From IMG/VR virus record IMGVR_UViG_3300045450_000145, positions 1 to 64,000 of that record: a DNA stretch of 64,000 nucleotides; one strand, given 5' to 3'. The position numbers and the translations under genes were made by a program. How positions within the stretch are numbered: position 1 is the stretch's first letter; the number at the start of each line of letters is the position of its first letter. The notes beneath the pieces are model-generated. The model had not been told where the DNA came from. It searched no databases and saw nothing but the letters and a program-made list of their open reading frames with translations. The stretch comes from a virus. Below, one piece after another: positions 1 through 8,094 of the stretch.

Positions 1-75
1 ATCACATGTGGTAAAGTAAACAAAGCCAATGCCAAGTTTTGCTCTGAATGTGGCACATCTCTAGAAGTTAAATAA
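1..75 (+). CDS. 3' end of a zinc-ribbon protein (partial)
   Basis: Frame 1 reads ITCGKVNKANAKFCSECGTSLEVK*, with Cys spacing typical of a zinc ribbon. Confidence 0.55.
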   Translation: MTCGKVNKANAKFCSECGTSLEVK

Positions 76-78
76 ACT

Positions 79-108
79 GTGTACAACCTCTGCATAAATT
101 GGTATAAT
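79..108 (+). promoter_or_regulatory. sigma70-like early promoter KTGTAC-N18-TATAAT
   Basis: gtgtac 79-84, tataat 103-108; motif recurs 7 times in intergenic DNA. Confidence 0.75.
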
Positions 109-136
109 TTACCTATCAACTTAATGCAGAGGTTCT

Positions 137-466
137 ATGAACAAAATCGAGCAGATCGTCAAGGAATTTGGAGTCAAGAACATTCGCTTCTTTATTCCGA
201 TGCGCCGTATTGAGCGAATCGCTGGAATTGGTTTTACGTCTAGTACTACTTCAACTGAAATTGTTGAATGCGTTATTAACGAAGACCAATATAAGGTGGC
301 TGACGAGTATAAAATTACCCTTCAAGGCCCTGCCGGTTTTGGAAAAGAACATTTCTATCTGATGGACCTGAATAGCATTTTGCGTGATTATCCAGACGAT
401 CACACAGTCTACTACATCACGATTGACGGGTATGTCAAGCTTGACTTTACCAAGGAGATTGTATGA
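137..466 (+). CDS. hypothetical protein
   Basis: 109 aa ORF after promoter, SD-like gagg. Confidence 0.7.
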   Translation: MNKIEQIVKEFGVKNIRFFIPMRRIERIAGIGFTSSTTSTEIVECVINEDQYKVADEYKITLQGPAGFGKEHFYLMDLNSILRDYPDDHTVYYITIDGYVKLDFTKEIV

Positions 467-663
467 AATTTACCCGCGAGCAAGTTATCGAAGGTGCAAA
501 GGCCCAATACAAGAAGCAAATATGTATTGCATCCATTGACGATGCAATGAGGGAACATACCCTCGAGAATGCCATCTTGGTGATCTTGATGGACAGCTGC
601 ATGTGGGATAGCCCATCTGGTTCGTGTTTCGATACAGAACATGTAAAGTTTGACTATGAATAA
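463..663 (+). CDS. hypothetical protein
   Basis: 66 aa ORF, ATGA overlap with upstream gene. Confidence 0.6.
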   Translation: MKFTREQVIEGAKAQYKKQICIASIDDAMREHTLENAILVILMDSCMWDSPSGSCFDTEHVKFDYE

Positions 664-871
664 CGAAATTATCAATACCCTTGAAGAAGCCCTTCAGACT
701 ATGCAGTCTGTCCATAATGCCAAACTGGATGTTACTATTGACATTCAGAACCAGCTGAATAGTTCTATCTTCAGGACACACCAGCTTCTGCGTAAGCTAA
801 AATTAGAGCAGCAAAATGCTATGGAAATGCAGATTGTAAATGCAACTTCACGTTACATGATTAAGGATTAA
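650..871 (+). CDS. hypothetical protein
   Basis: 73 aa ORF in tightly packed operon. Confidence 0.6.
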   Translation: MTMNNEIINTLEEALQTMQSVHNAKLDVTIDIQNQLNSSIFRTHQLLRKLKLEQQNAMEMQIVNATSRYMIKD

Positions 872-872
872 G

Positions 873-1301
873 ATGTCGATTCTAAATAAAATTAAACAAG
901 ACCAGTTGGCGGCTCGTAAGGCACGCGATTCAGACACTGCTCTAAGCCTAACTACTCTGATCGGCGAACTTGAAACTATTTCTAAGAAGACTGGTAAAAG
1001 CACTGAAGATGCTGACACCATTAAGCTGCTGAAAAAGTTTGCTGAAGGCGCGCGCGAAAATGCAGTTATTGCTGGTGATCGCCGTGATTCTGACTGGGCA
1101 GATAGAGCATGGGCAGAAGTAGAGCTCTATGAAAAGTATCTACCAAAGCAGCTGTCTGAAGCTGAGCTTTCTGCCGCAATTAAGGACATTATTGTAGAGA
1201 ATAACACCATGCCTCTTATTCAGAAGGCACTGAAGGAAAAGTATAATGGCTTGTATGATGGCAAGAAGGCAACTGAAATTATCAAGCAACAGCTAGCTTA
1301 A
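873..1301 (+). CDS. GatB/YqeY domain protein
   Basis: KQDQLAARKARD, E..LYEKYLPKQLSEAEL, YNGLYDGK match the YqeY pattern. Confidence 0.85.
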   Translation: MSILNKIKQDQLAARKARDSDTALSLTTLIGELETISKKTGKSTEDADTIKLLKKFAEGARENAVIAGDRRDSDWADRAWAEVELYEKYLPKQLSEAELSAAIKDIIVENNTMPLIQKALKEKYNGLYDGKKATEIIKQQLA

Positions 1302-1315
1302 CTTATTTTAGGAGT

Positions 1316-1684
1316 GTGGTGATGGACAGGAAATTTATTGCGACTAAAATCAGGCAGCTTCGCTTTGATCTCAAGCAACGCACAGATGCTTTTCCATCCC
1401 TAAAGAAGGACATCTACTTTGCCGACCACCTTGCGACTCGAATGGTCGAGCGCAAATTAGAGAAAGATGCGCCATTTGTGATCGCTGTTGCAGCCTATTT
1501 CATGGAGAATTATTTCTATGAAAATACCTACACGAATCGCAAATACATTATGCAATTCAAAGGACTAAAGGTTGGCATCATGATTAAAATGGGTGCAATG
1601 ACTGAAAAAAGATACGCAATTGTCTCAACTGCATTCACGTCGGATCAAACCTACGAGTGCGATGAACTAGTAACTATAAAATGA
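1316..1684 (+). CDS. hypothetical protein
   Basis: 122 aa ORF with SD aggag. Confidence 0.65.
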   Translation: MVMDRKFIATKIRQLRFDLKQRTDAFPSLKKDIYFADHLATRMVERKLEKDAPFVIAVAAYFMENYFYENTYTNRKYIMQFKGLKVGIMIKMGAMTEKRYAIVSTAFTSDQTYECDELVTIK

Positions 1685-2733
1685 AACACGAACCAAAACT
1701 TCTCTCCCGAGATGAGTTTCGGGAAGGGGTTTTTGCTCGAGATAACTTTAGGTGTGTCTTCTGTCAAAAAACCGCCGCCGAAACTCCAGAAAATAAACTT
1801 GACGCCCATCATCTTATCGAGCGCAGGCTCTTTGACAATGGCGGTTACTTCTTAGAAAATGGAATCACAGTCTGCGAAGACCACCACCGCGAATGTGAAA
1901 TGACCACCATTTCTGTCGAGGAGGGTCGAGAGGCGGCTAACATTACAAAAATTGTAGTCCCTGATCAATTCTATCCAGAACAGCCCATCACTAAGTGGGG
2001 CGACTACATCTTAGAAGATAATAAGCGCACCAAGGGGGAGCTATTTTACGATGAGTCTGTTCAGAAAATTCTAGCAAAGGGCGACGTCTTAAAATTATAT
2101 GTGCCATACACCAAGTATGGTAGGACGATGCACCTGCCATGGTCTCCTGGCATTCACGACGATGACAAGGCGTTGAAGGGCACAATACACTTTAATAATA
2201 AAAGAGTAATTGTTACTAAAAAGATGGATGGTGAAAACACCAACATGTACACAGATTACATTCACGCTCGGTCATTAGATAGTAAGGGCGGTGAGGATCG
2301 TGCGTGGGTCAAGAGGTTCCATTCAGAAATCTGCTACAATATACCAGAAGGGTGGCGGGTGTGTGGCGAAAATCTATGGGCAAAGCACTCTATCCAGTAT
2401 GAAGACTTGAAATCTTATTTCTATGGCTTTAGCATTTGGGATGAGCGCAATATTTGCCAGAGTTGGGATGACACCCTCCTGTATTTTGATGTGTTGGGAA
2501 TTACACCCGTTGAAGTTATCTATGATGGCATCTGGGATGAAGATAAAATTAGACACATTGAAAAGAGCTTGATGTGGGAAACTGACGAAGGATATGTTGT
2601 TAGATTGGCAGATGCCTTTTCATATGGTGAGTTTAAAAATTCCGTTGCGAAGTATGTCAGAAAAGGTCATGTACAGACAACCCGCCACTGGAGACAAGGT
2701 CAGCGGTTTATTCCAAACACCTTAATTAAGTAG
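1681..2733 (+). CDS. HNH domain fused to ATP-dependent RNA ligase (Rnl2-like)
   Basis: N-terminal CVFC..DAHHL..NGITVCEDHH; C-terminal KKMDGEN (motif I), GENLWAKHSI, EGYVVR, KYVR. Confidence 0.8.
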   Translation: MKHEPKLLSRDEFREGVFARDNFRCVFCQKTAAETPENKLDAHHLIERRLFDNGGYFLENGITVCEDHHRECEMTTISVEEGREAANITKIVVPDQFYPEQPITKWGDYILEDNKRTKGELFYDESVQKILAKGDVLKLYVPYTKYGRTMHLPWSPGIHDDDKALKGTIHFNNKRVIVTKKMDGENTNMYTDYIHARSLDSKGGEDRAWVKRFHSEICYNIPEGWRVCGENLWAKHSIQYEDLKSYFYGFSIWDERNICQSWDDTLLYFDVLGITPVEVIYDGIWDEDKIRHIEKSLMWETDEGYVVRLADAFSYGEFKNSVAKYVRKGHVQTTRHWRQGQRFIPNTLIK

Positions 2734-2762
2734 TGTACATTTGGGTTGGTAAGGGTTAAAAT
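2733..2762 (+). promoter_or_regulatory. early promoter KTGTAC-N18-TAAAAT
   Basis: gtgtac 2733-2738, taaaat 2757-2762. Confidence 0.6.
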
Positions 2763-2789
2763 ATAACTCTACCAACCCAATATTGTTTT

Positions 2790-3611
2790 ATGACCAAAGC
2801 CAAAAATCCTAAGTACAAGCTCACCAATGAGACCTGCGATGTATACTATAACGGTGAATTTATTAGACTTTACCGAATCGAGGCTCTACGTGATATTGAC
2901 GGCTATCCAACTATTAATGTAGGTGCCAAAGGCGGCTTTGTCCAAAGCAAAGCAAACCTCGCTAATAAGGGAAATTGCTGGATTGCAGATGATGCTAAAG
3001 TGTATGGCACAAGTAAAGTGAGTGGCAATGCTCGCGTAACAAACAAATCAGTGGTAATTGATTCTAAAATCATTGAAGATGCTGATGTAAGCGGTAATGC
3101 TACAGTGGTAGGCAGCAACATGAGTGGCTGTTCTTCAGCTGAAAACGACACTATTATTCGAGATTCAAAAATTTTTGGAGGAACTTCTATCCTTCACGAA
3201 GCCCGCATTTTGGAATCGGAAATTAAAGTCAACACGATTGGTGGTGATGCAATCATTGATGAGAGCATTATTGAGGAAGAAGATTTTTCAGAAATTATCA
3301 TTAAAGATGGTAAGTTTTTCCAAGCTGATATCCAAGGCGCCCGTGAATTTATTCTTGTGCCAAATGTCGGTACTGAAAATGGCACACTGACAGTTTATCC
3401 AGGTAAAAATAACAAAGTTTGCGTTTCTCGTGGGTGCTTCAGCGGCACCGCCGAAGAATTTCTCGCGGCATCTGTTACCGCTCACCTTGAGGAAAGCGAT
3501 AATGAAGAAATTTACAAGGAATACAAGGCGCTAATTAAGATTGGAAAGAAGCGAGTCAAGAAGGCGCTAAAGAAGCGTATTATTCTGGATGTAAGTGGAT
3601 CGATGGAGTAA
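2790..3611 (+). CDS. hexapeptide-like (beta-helix) repeat phage protein
   Basis: LYRIEALRDI..GAKGGFV..GNCWIADDAKVYG followed by V.GNA.V-type repeats. Confidence 0.65.
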   Translation: MTKAKNPKYKLTNETCDVYYNGEFIRLYRIEALRDIDGYPTINVGAKGGFVQSKANLANKGNCWIADDAKVYGTSKVSGNARVTNKSVVIDSKIIEDADVSGNATVVGSNMSGCSSAENDTIIRDSKIFGGTSILHEARILESEIKVNTIGGDAIIDESIIEEEDFSEIIIKDGKFFQADIQGAREFILVPNVGTENGTLTVYPGKNNKVCVSRGCFSGTAEEFLAASVTAHLEESDNEEIYKEYKALIKIGKKRVKKALKKRIILDVSGSME

Positions 3612-3615
3612 AAGC

Positions 3616-3954
3616 ATGGAGCCAAATGTAGTTATTTTCCGGGTGCCTTCGGAGATAGAAGGTGAAGCGCTCTTTGCCGAGCTTCCATATAAGAACGGCT
3701 TCGTGTCTGAAAATGGTGTTCTATTCACAGTAGAGTCGGGAGATACCTACAACGACCTCACCTTTTCTCACCTAGTATTAGCTGCTAAGGATGAAGAAGA
3801 TGGGTCATCTTATGAGATTGCGCGAATCCTGTGCGGGCAAGGCAAAACTGAGGTAGATGTGTATGACACACCTATTGAAGCCATTACTTTGATCGTGCGC
3901 ACAGCGCTGCAGCAAATTTCAGATAAGCCTGGAGCCGGTCATGTCATTCACTGA
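3616..3954 (+). CDS. hypothetical protein
   Basis: ORF from MEPNV, SD ggag. Confidence 0.6.
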   Translation: MEPNVVIFRVPSEIEGEALFAELPYKNGFVSENGVLFTVESGDTYNDLTFSHLVLAAKDEEDGSSYEIARILCGQGKTEVDVYDTPIEAITLIVRTALQQISDKPGAGHVIH

Positions 3955-4471
3955 TTTATTTGTTAATGTAACGCTAGAGTTAGTTGATAAGCCGCCAATT
4001 AGGTGGAAAGGTAAGCCTTTTAATTACAAGGTAAAAATGGTCAGGATTGGCGGTGGGCTCGGCTGGTATGAAGAAGATGAGGACCCAAAATACACCGAGT
4101 ATCACACAATTTCAGTTGCAGGTGAAAAAATTACATTTGAGCTTTCTTCATTTGGGCGAACTGAGATTGACATGATCATTTTATTAATTAATAAGGTGAC
4201 TGACGATAAGGGTAAGACTTATCCTAAAGCTCATAAGTGGATCACGGCAAATCTAAATGCTATTAAGAAGTCTATTTTTTATCTGCGGTATGAGCACTGC
4301 AAAAAGCTAGCTGATGATTTCGATAAAAAGATTGAGAGAATGAAACAAAGCCAGCAAAACCTGCGAGCAGCGCAATCTGCATTCGCAACTGAATTTATCA
4401 AGAATAAGCAGCTAACTAACACAGAGCGTGACATGGTGATGAAGGAATACGGCTATGTCCCTCTTGAGTAA
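3941..4471 (+). CDS. hypothetical protein
   Basis: 176 aa ORF overlapping upstream gene. Confidence 0.65.
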   Translation: MSFTDLFVNVTLELVDKPPIRWKGKPFNYKVKMVRIGGGLGWYEEDEDPKYTEYHTISVAGEKITFELSSFGRTEIDMIILLINKVTDDKGKTYPKAHKWITANLNAIKKSIFYLRYEHCKKLADDFDKKIERMKQSQQNLRAAQSAFATEFIKNKQLTNTERDMVMKEYGYVPLE

Positions 4472-4660
4472 GGCAACTCAAATTAATAATTTTTCACTTC
4501 GCACAATAGTTTGTGCGTCTCTGCTGTGTTATTATTTGCTCGAATTGGTTATAATCTTACTTGTGAAGAGGCCATCAAGGCTCTTGCACTTTGGCTTCTG
4601 GGAAAGTCAAATACAACTGTTGTGTGGTGTTTGTGGTGGCCATCTTAAGAGGAAGAAATA

Positions 4661-5065
4661 ATGTCTGCAACAAAGCGTCTTTGGAAAAATCGATTTAGTG
4701 CCTGGAAGGTCATCATCACAGGTCTTTTTAAACATAAGCTGCCGTCATTCAAGCCGCTTAAGTTTTTAAAAGCTAATTTTATTGCGCTGCTCGGTAACAC
4801 CTTAATAACTGGAGCAGCAATTACGATGGTGCTGTGTTTGTACTATGGCATGTATAGAAATGACACCGAAAGGGAGAGGCTCGAGCAACCAGCAACAATA
4901 GAAGCGCTTGAAGCTGCTGCCACAAATAAGTGCGAGCGCGCCTTTATTAAAAATGCAAATAGCGAAAAAGTAATTATTAAGGTGTGGCAGCTCGAGAAGA
5001 TGCAAAATCAATGTAATGAGCTCCGTGAACGTGACGCCCAACTTGCCAAACAGCGGCTTAAGTAA
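4661..5065 (+). CDS. membrane-anchored protein, paralogue 1 of 4
   Basis: MSATKRLWKNR, hydrophobic segment, C-terminal Cys pair. Confidence 0.7.
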   Translation: MSATKRLWKNRFSAWKVIITGLFKHKLPSFKPLKFLKANFIALLGNTLITGAAITMVLCLYYGMYRNDTERERLEQPATIEALEAAATNKCERAFIKNANSEKVIIKVWQLEKMQNQCNELRERDAQLAKQRLK

Positions 5066-5070
5066 AATAT

Positions 5071-5361
5071 ATGATTGATAAACTTCGCAAAGACCCTACT
5101 ATGCTGGTTGCAATTATTATTGCCGTTATGCTAATTTCCATTCATCTAGGCATTCTATACGATCTAATTACCCCAGATAAGAAATATCAGCCTGCTACAA
5201 GTTTGTCAGTCATGACGGTCGCAAACAAAAGTAACTGCCGCATGGAGCAAATCGAGCGCAAGGTAAAATACAACATCATAATTAACAATGCAGAGCTTGA
5301 AAGAATAGACGTGTTGTGTGCACAAAAAGAAAGTATACAACTTAGAATGGAGATGAAATGA
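5071..5361 (+). CDS. membrane-anchored protein, paralogue 2 of 4
   Basis: N-terminal TM segment, C-terminal Cys pair. Confidence 0.65.
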   Translation: MIDKLRKDPTMLVAIIIAVMLISIHLGILYDLITPDKKYQPATSLSVMTVANKSNCRMEQIERKVKYNIIINNAELERIDVLCAQKESIQLRMEMK

Positions 5362-5744
5362 ATCCTACAACAAGATTATGGATTAAACGGTGTATTAAAG
5401 TAGGTGAATTTCTTGAAATGCATCTAAGCGGTACTTGGCGCGTGATTAAGAATTTCTTCTTAGTAGCGCTCATGCCTTTAGTGGGCTTTGGAACTATTGC
5501 GGCCATGTTCTATTTTATGAATTATGCGCTGAACACTAAGTATGAGAACGCGTCTTTAGATGCAATTTCAAACCTAGTAAATTCAAGTGAGTGCGCGAAG
5601 CGGGAAGTTCTTATAATTAACAGAGCTGGTAGGGTAGTAAGGAACTACGATGTAGAAAGCATCAAGAAGGAATGCAAATCACTAGCCATTGCAAAAGTTG
5701 CACTTGAGAATCAGAATAAACTGCTTTCACCATTAAAGGACTAA
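5358..5744 (+). CDS. membrane-anchored protein, paralogue 3 of 4
   Basis: MNPTTRLWIKR, TM segment, Cys pair. Confidence 0.7.
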   Translation: MNPTTRLWIKRCIKVGEFLEMHLSGTWRVIKNFFLVALMPLVGFGTIAAMFYFMNYALNTKYENASLDAISNLVNSSECAKREVLIINRAGRVVRNYDVESIKKECKSLAIAKVALENQNKLLSPLKD

Positions 5745-5748
5745 AGAT

Positions 5749-6147
5749 ATGAAACCGACAACTAGGCTGTGGCTCAAGAGATTTATCCGCACGTGGAACT
5801 TTATCTTTTTTATTCCAGCAAAAGCGTGGGGCGTTTTTAGTCGTAATCCATTTGAATGCATCATGTCCGTTGTGGTGATTTTCTTTGTAAGTGCGTGTGC
5901 TTATACTGGCGCTAGAGAAATCCGTCTTAAAAAGGTTGCAACGCCTGAACAGATCGCTTTGTATACTAACAATGACTATTGCATGACACGATTTTTACCA
6001 GAATTGAGCGAGCGCTATAAGCGGCCCCTCACAGTGCAGGACCTAGAACTGGCAGTTGATGGGTGTAAGGTCGCGAAGGAAAAGTTTGAACAGCAGAATG
6101 AGCAAAACAAGGCGTTTGAGGTTGCACGAAAGAAACTAAATGCGTAA
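5749..6147 (+). CDS. membrane-anchored protein, paralogue 4 of 4
   Basis: MKPTTRLWLKR, TM segment, Cys pair. Confidence 0.7.
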   Translation: MKPTTRLWLKRFIRTWNFIFFIPAKAWGVFSRNPFECIMSVVVIFFVSACAYTGAREIRLKKVATPEQIALYTNNDYCMTRFLPELSERYKRPLTVQDLELAVDGCKVAKEKFEQQNEQNKAFEVARKKLNA

Positions 6148-6400
6148 ATTTCTAAAGTTCCCGTATTTTTACATGTCTTGGTTTTACTGGTTGCTAGGGC
6201 ATATCTCATACAAGATTTGCGACCACTTTGACAATGCAAAGTGGAATGCATTTTGGTATGCGCCTTACAATTTTTTCATGATTCAATCATATAGAGAGCA
6301 GCGAGATGTCAATGGAGAAGGCAAGTGGTGGCCTTGGGGAGAAGCTGCAGATATTACAGAGGACGAGCCCAAGTCTCACGACCTTGATAGTCACGGTTGA
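6140..6400 (+). CDS. hypothetical aromatic-rich protein
   Basis: 86 aa ORF overlapping upstream stop. Confidence 0.55.
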   Translation: MRKFLKFPYFYMSWFYWLLGHISYKICDHFDNAKWNAFWYAPYNFFMIQSYREQRDVNGEGKWWPWGEAADITEDEPKSHDLDSHG

Positions 6401-7043
6401 AGATGTCAATTTGAAGTTGCAGTAGCATTCTTCTAATTGCCTGAATTTCAGGCGTATTCTCATTTGCAGGAATGTTGATCGGAACAACAATAGCGATGTT
6501 CACATTTTCATCAAAAGGTGGAATGGTGGCTCTGCAAATTCCCTTCGCATGCTTAGAAATATCTGGCACTAACTTAGGTACGTTCGTCTGATCAAGAGGA
6601 CCACACCTAATTAGGCCAGTTTTCGCTTCTTCAGAATTTCGAAGAGACTGTGCGCTAGATGCATTTAGCTCAGAAGATGAGAAGCCGTTGCCTGATGCCT
6701 GCTTTGCAGCATAGTTCGTCATTAAGGTATTAATTATAGGGTCTTTAGCGACGTAAAAGATAACTGGGTTTTCAGTCTTTTCGTATTCATTTTTAGCAAC
6801 CCATGCACCAATCGCGTGTGGATTCTCTTTAATTAGCGTGTCAATTTGGGTCTTTGACCTTTCACTAATTTGATTCTTTGGGCCAGGTAAGTCTGTTGCT
6901 GACACCCGATCTACGCGCCGAAGTATTTCATTCTGTAAATCTTTGGCGCTGACAACAAAAATAGTTAAAATAGCACATGCAATGGCAAGTAAGATAGCAG
7001 CAACGCTAATCCAGATTACATTGCGATGTAGAAATGCCTTCAT
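6354..7043 (-). CDS. single-TM protein with periplasmic domain, holin-T-like
   Basis: N-terminal TM; ICRATIPPF motif shared with ORFs 23754 and 24609. Confidence 0.45.
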   Translation of the reverse strand: MKAFLHRNVIWISVAAILLAIACAILTIFVVSAKDLQNEILRRVDRVSATDLPGPKNQISERSKTQIDTLIKENPHAIGAWVAKNEYEKTENPVIFYVAKDPIINTLMTNYAAKQASGNGFSSSELNASSAQSLRNSEEAKTGLIRCGPLDQTNVPKLVPDISKHAKGICRATIPPFDENVNIAIVVPINIPANENTPEIQAIRRMLLQLQIDIFNRDYQGRETWARPL

Positions 7044-7099
7044 CTTTTCTCTCCCTTTAATGTTATATTTAGCATAACCTGAAGGTTAGTTGCAAAAAG

Positions 7100-7129
7100 T
7101 TGTACAAACCAAGTTTTGCTGTATATAAT
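7100..7129 (+). promoter_or_regulatory. early promoter upstream of tRNA-array leader
   Basis: ttgtac 7100-7105, tataat 7124-7129. Confidence 0.75.
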
Positions 7130-7152
7130 TACAACATCAACAAAACAATGTT

Positions 7153-7206
7153 GATAAATTTAAAATCTCTTTAAGTTATGCAGGTTGAAAAGATTTTAAA
7201 TTTATC
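7153..7206. repeat. perfect 16 bp inverted repeat in tRNA-array leader
   Basis: gataaatttaaaatct (7153-7168) / agattttaaatttatc (7191-7206). Confidence 0.9.
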
Positions 7207-7268
7207 GCAAAAGCGATATATAATTAATCAACACGAAGCAATACTGCTTTATAAACTAGGAATTACTA

Positions 7269-7385
7269 ATGAGCTTTATTATGAATCAACGCAATGAGAA
7301 ACAGTGGCAAAATTGCCATAATGTTTCTGTGCGCTTTGATCGTGATGAGATTATTGCCCTGGACGAAGGAGTAGGATACGCATAA
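7269..7385 (+). CDS. 38 aa candidate leader peptide MSFIMNQRNEKQWQNCHNVSVRFDRDEIIALDEGVGYA
   Basis: SD-like aggaa upstream; its 3' end overlaps the predicted antiterminator. Confidence 0.6.
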   Translation: MSFIMNQRNEKQWQNCHNVSVRFDRDEIIALDEGVGYA

Positions 7386-7413
7386 AAGACGTATCTAATA
7401 CTAAGAAAGTCCA

Positions 7414-7450
7414 GGGAAACAGCGAAAGTTGTTTCCCTTCTTTGTTTTTG
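7414..7450 (+). terminator. intrinsic terminator (attenuator)
   Basis: gggaaacagc-gaaa-gttgtttccc followed by ttctttgtttttg. Confidence 0.8.
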
Positions 7451-7464
7451 TAGGTTAAAATTTA

Positions 7465-7494
7465 TTGTACTTTGATCGTAGAGTGCATTATAAT
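7465..7494 (+). promoter_or_regulatory. early promoter directly upstream of first tRNA
   Basis: ttgtac 7465-7470, tataat 7489-7494. Confidence 0.75.
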
Positions 7495-7529
7495 AAAAGT
7501 TCTTTAAAATATTAGTAGCAAAATTAATT

Positions 7530-7604
7530 ACTGCGTTCGACTTCTGGTGAGGTCATCACCCTTTCAAGGTGACTAGATGGGATCGTAACCCATACGCAGT
7601 ACCA
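7530..7604 (+). tRNA. tRNA-Glu(TTC)
   Basis: actgcgt/acgcagt acceptor; tcacc-ctttcaa-ggtga; T-loop ATCGTAA; CCA encoded. Confidence 0.9.
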
Positions 7605-7618
7605 CCAAATTAAATAAC

Positions 7619-7693
7619 ACTCACGTAGATTAGAAGTTAGATCACTTGGCTTTCACCCAGGAGAAACGGGGGCAGTACCCGTCGTGAGTACCA
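7619..7693 (+). tRNA. tRNA-Glu(TTC), second divergent copy
   Basis: actcacg/cgtgagt; cttgg-ctttcac-ccagg; T-loop GGCAGTA; CCA. Confidence 0.85.
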
Positions 7694-7701
7694 AAATTAT
7701 T

Positions 7702-7851
7702 ATGTTAGATCACATCAAAGATTGCCCACTCTGTTGGACAGAAGTAGAAGACGAAAGTCATTCATGCAATTATTGTGGTTATAAAATTTCCCAGTTAGTG
7801 TATAATGAAACTGACTGGGAAGAAATAACAAACGTAATTATACCTGCATAG
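7702..7851 (+). CDS. 49 aa zinc-ribbon protein
   Basis: MLDHIKDCPLC..CNYCGY; stop lies inside tRNA-Ile 5' end. Confidence 0.5.
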   Translation: MLDHIKDCPLCWTEVEDESHSCNYCGYKISQLVYNETDWEEITNVIIPA

Positions 7852-7915
7852 TTCAAAGGTAGAACAAAGTGCTGATAACGCTTAGACGATGGATCGATAC
7901 CATCTGCAGGTACCA
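7842..7915 (+). tRNA. tRNA-Ile(GAT)
   Basis: acctgca/tgcaggt; aagtg-ctgataa-cgctt; T-loop ATCGATA; CCA. Confidence 0.9.
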
Positions 7916-7934
7916 AGTATAAGAATACTTAGGT

Positions 7935-8005
7935 GTGACGGTAACTCAATGGTAGAGTTCTAGACTGTGACTCTGGATGCGCGGGTTCGATTCCCGTCCG
8001 TCACC
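7935..8005 (+). tRNA. tRNA-His(GTG), no encoded G-1, no encoded CCA
   Basis: gtgacgg/ccgtcac, C73; ctaga-ctgtgac-tctgg; position -1 is T; 3' reads CCT. Confidence 0.9.
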
Positions 8006-8018
8006 CCTAAGTATTTTT

Positions 8019-8094
8019 GGACTATTAGCTCAATCGGGAGAGCACGTCACTGTCACTGACGAGGTAAGGGGATCGAAACCCCTATAGTCCGCCA
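8019..8094 (+). tRNA. tRNA-Asp(GTC)
   Basis: ggactat/atagtcc; cgtca-ctgtcac-tgacg; T-loop ATCGAAA; CCA. Confidence 0.92.

Noticed and set aside
4455-4661. 68 aa ORF before the paralogue array
   Set aside because: No motif and unclear coding signal; cannot be supported
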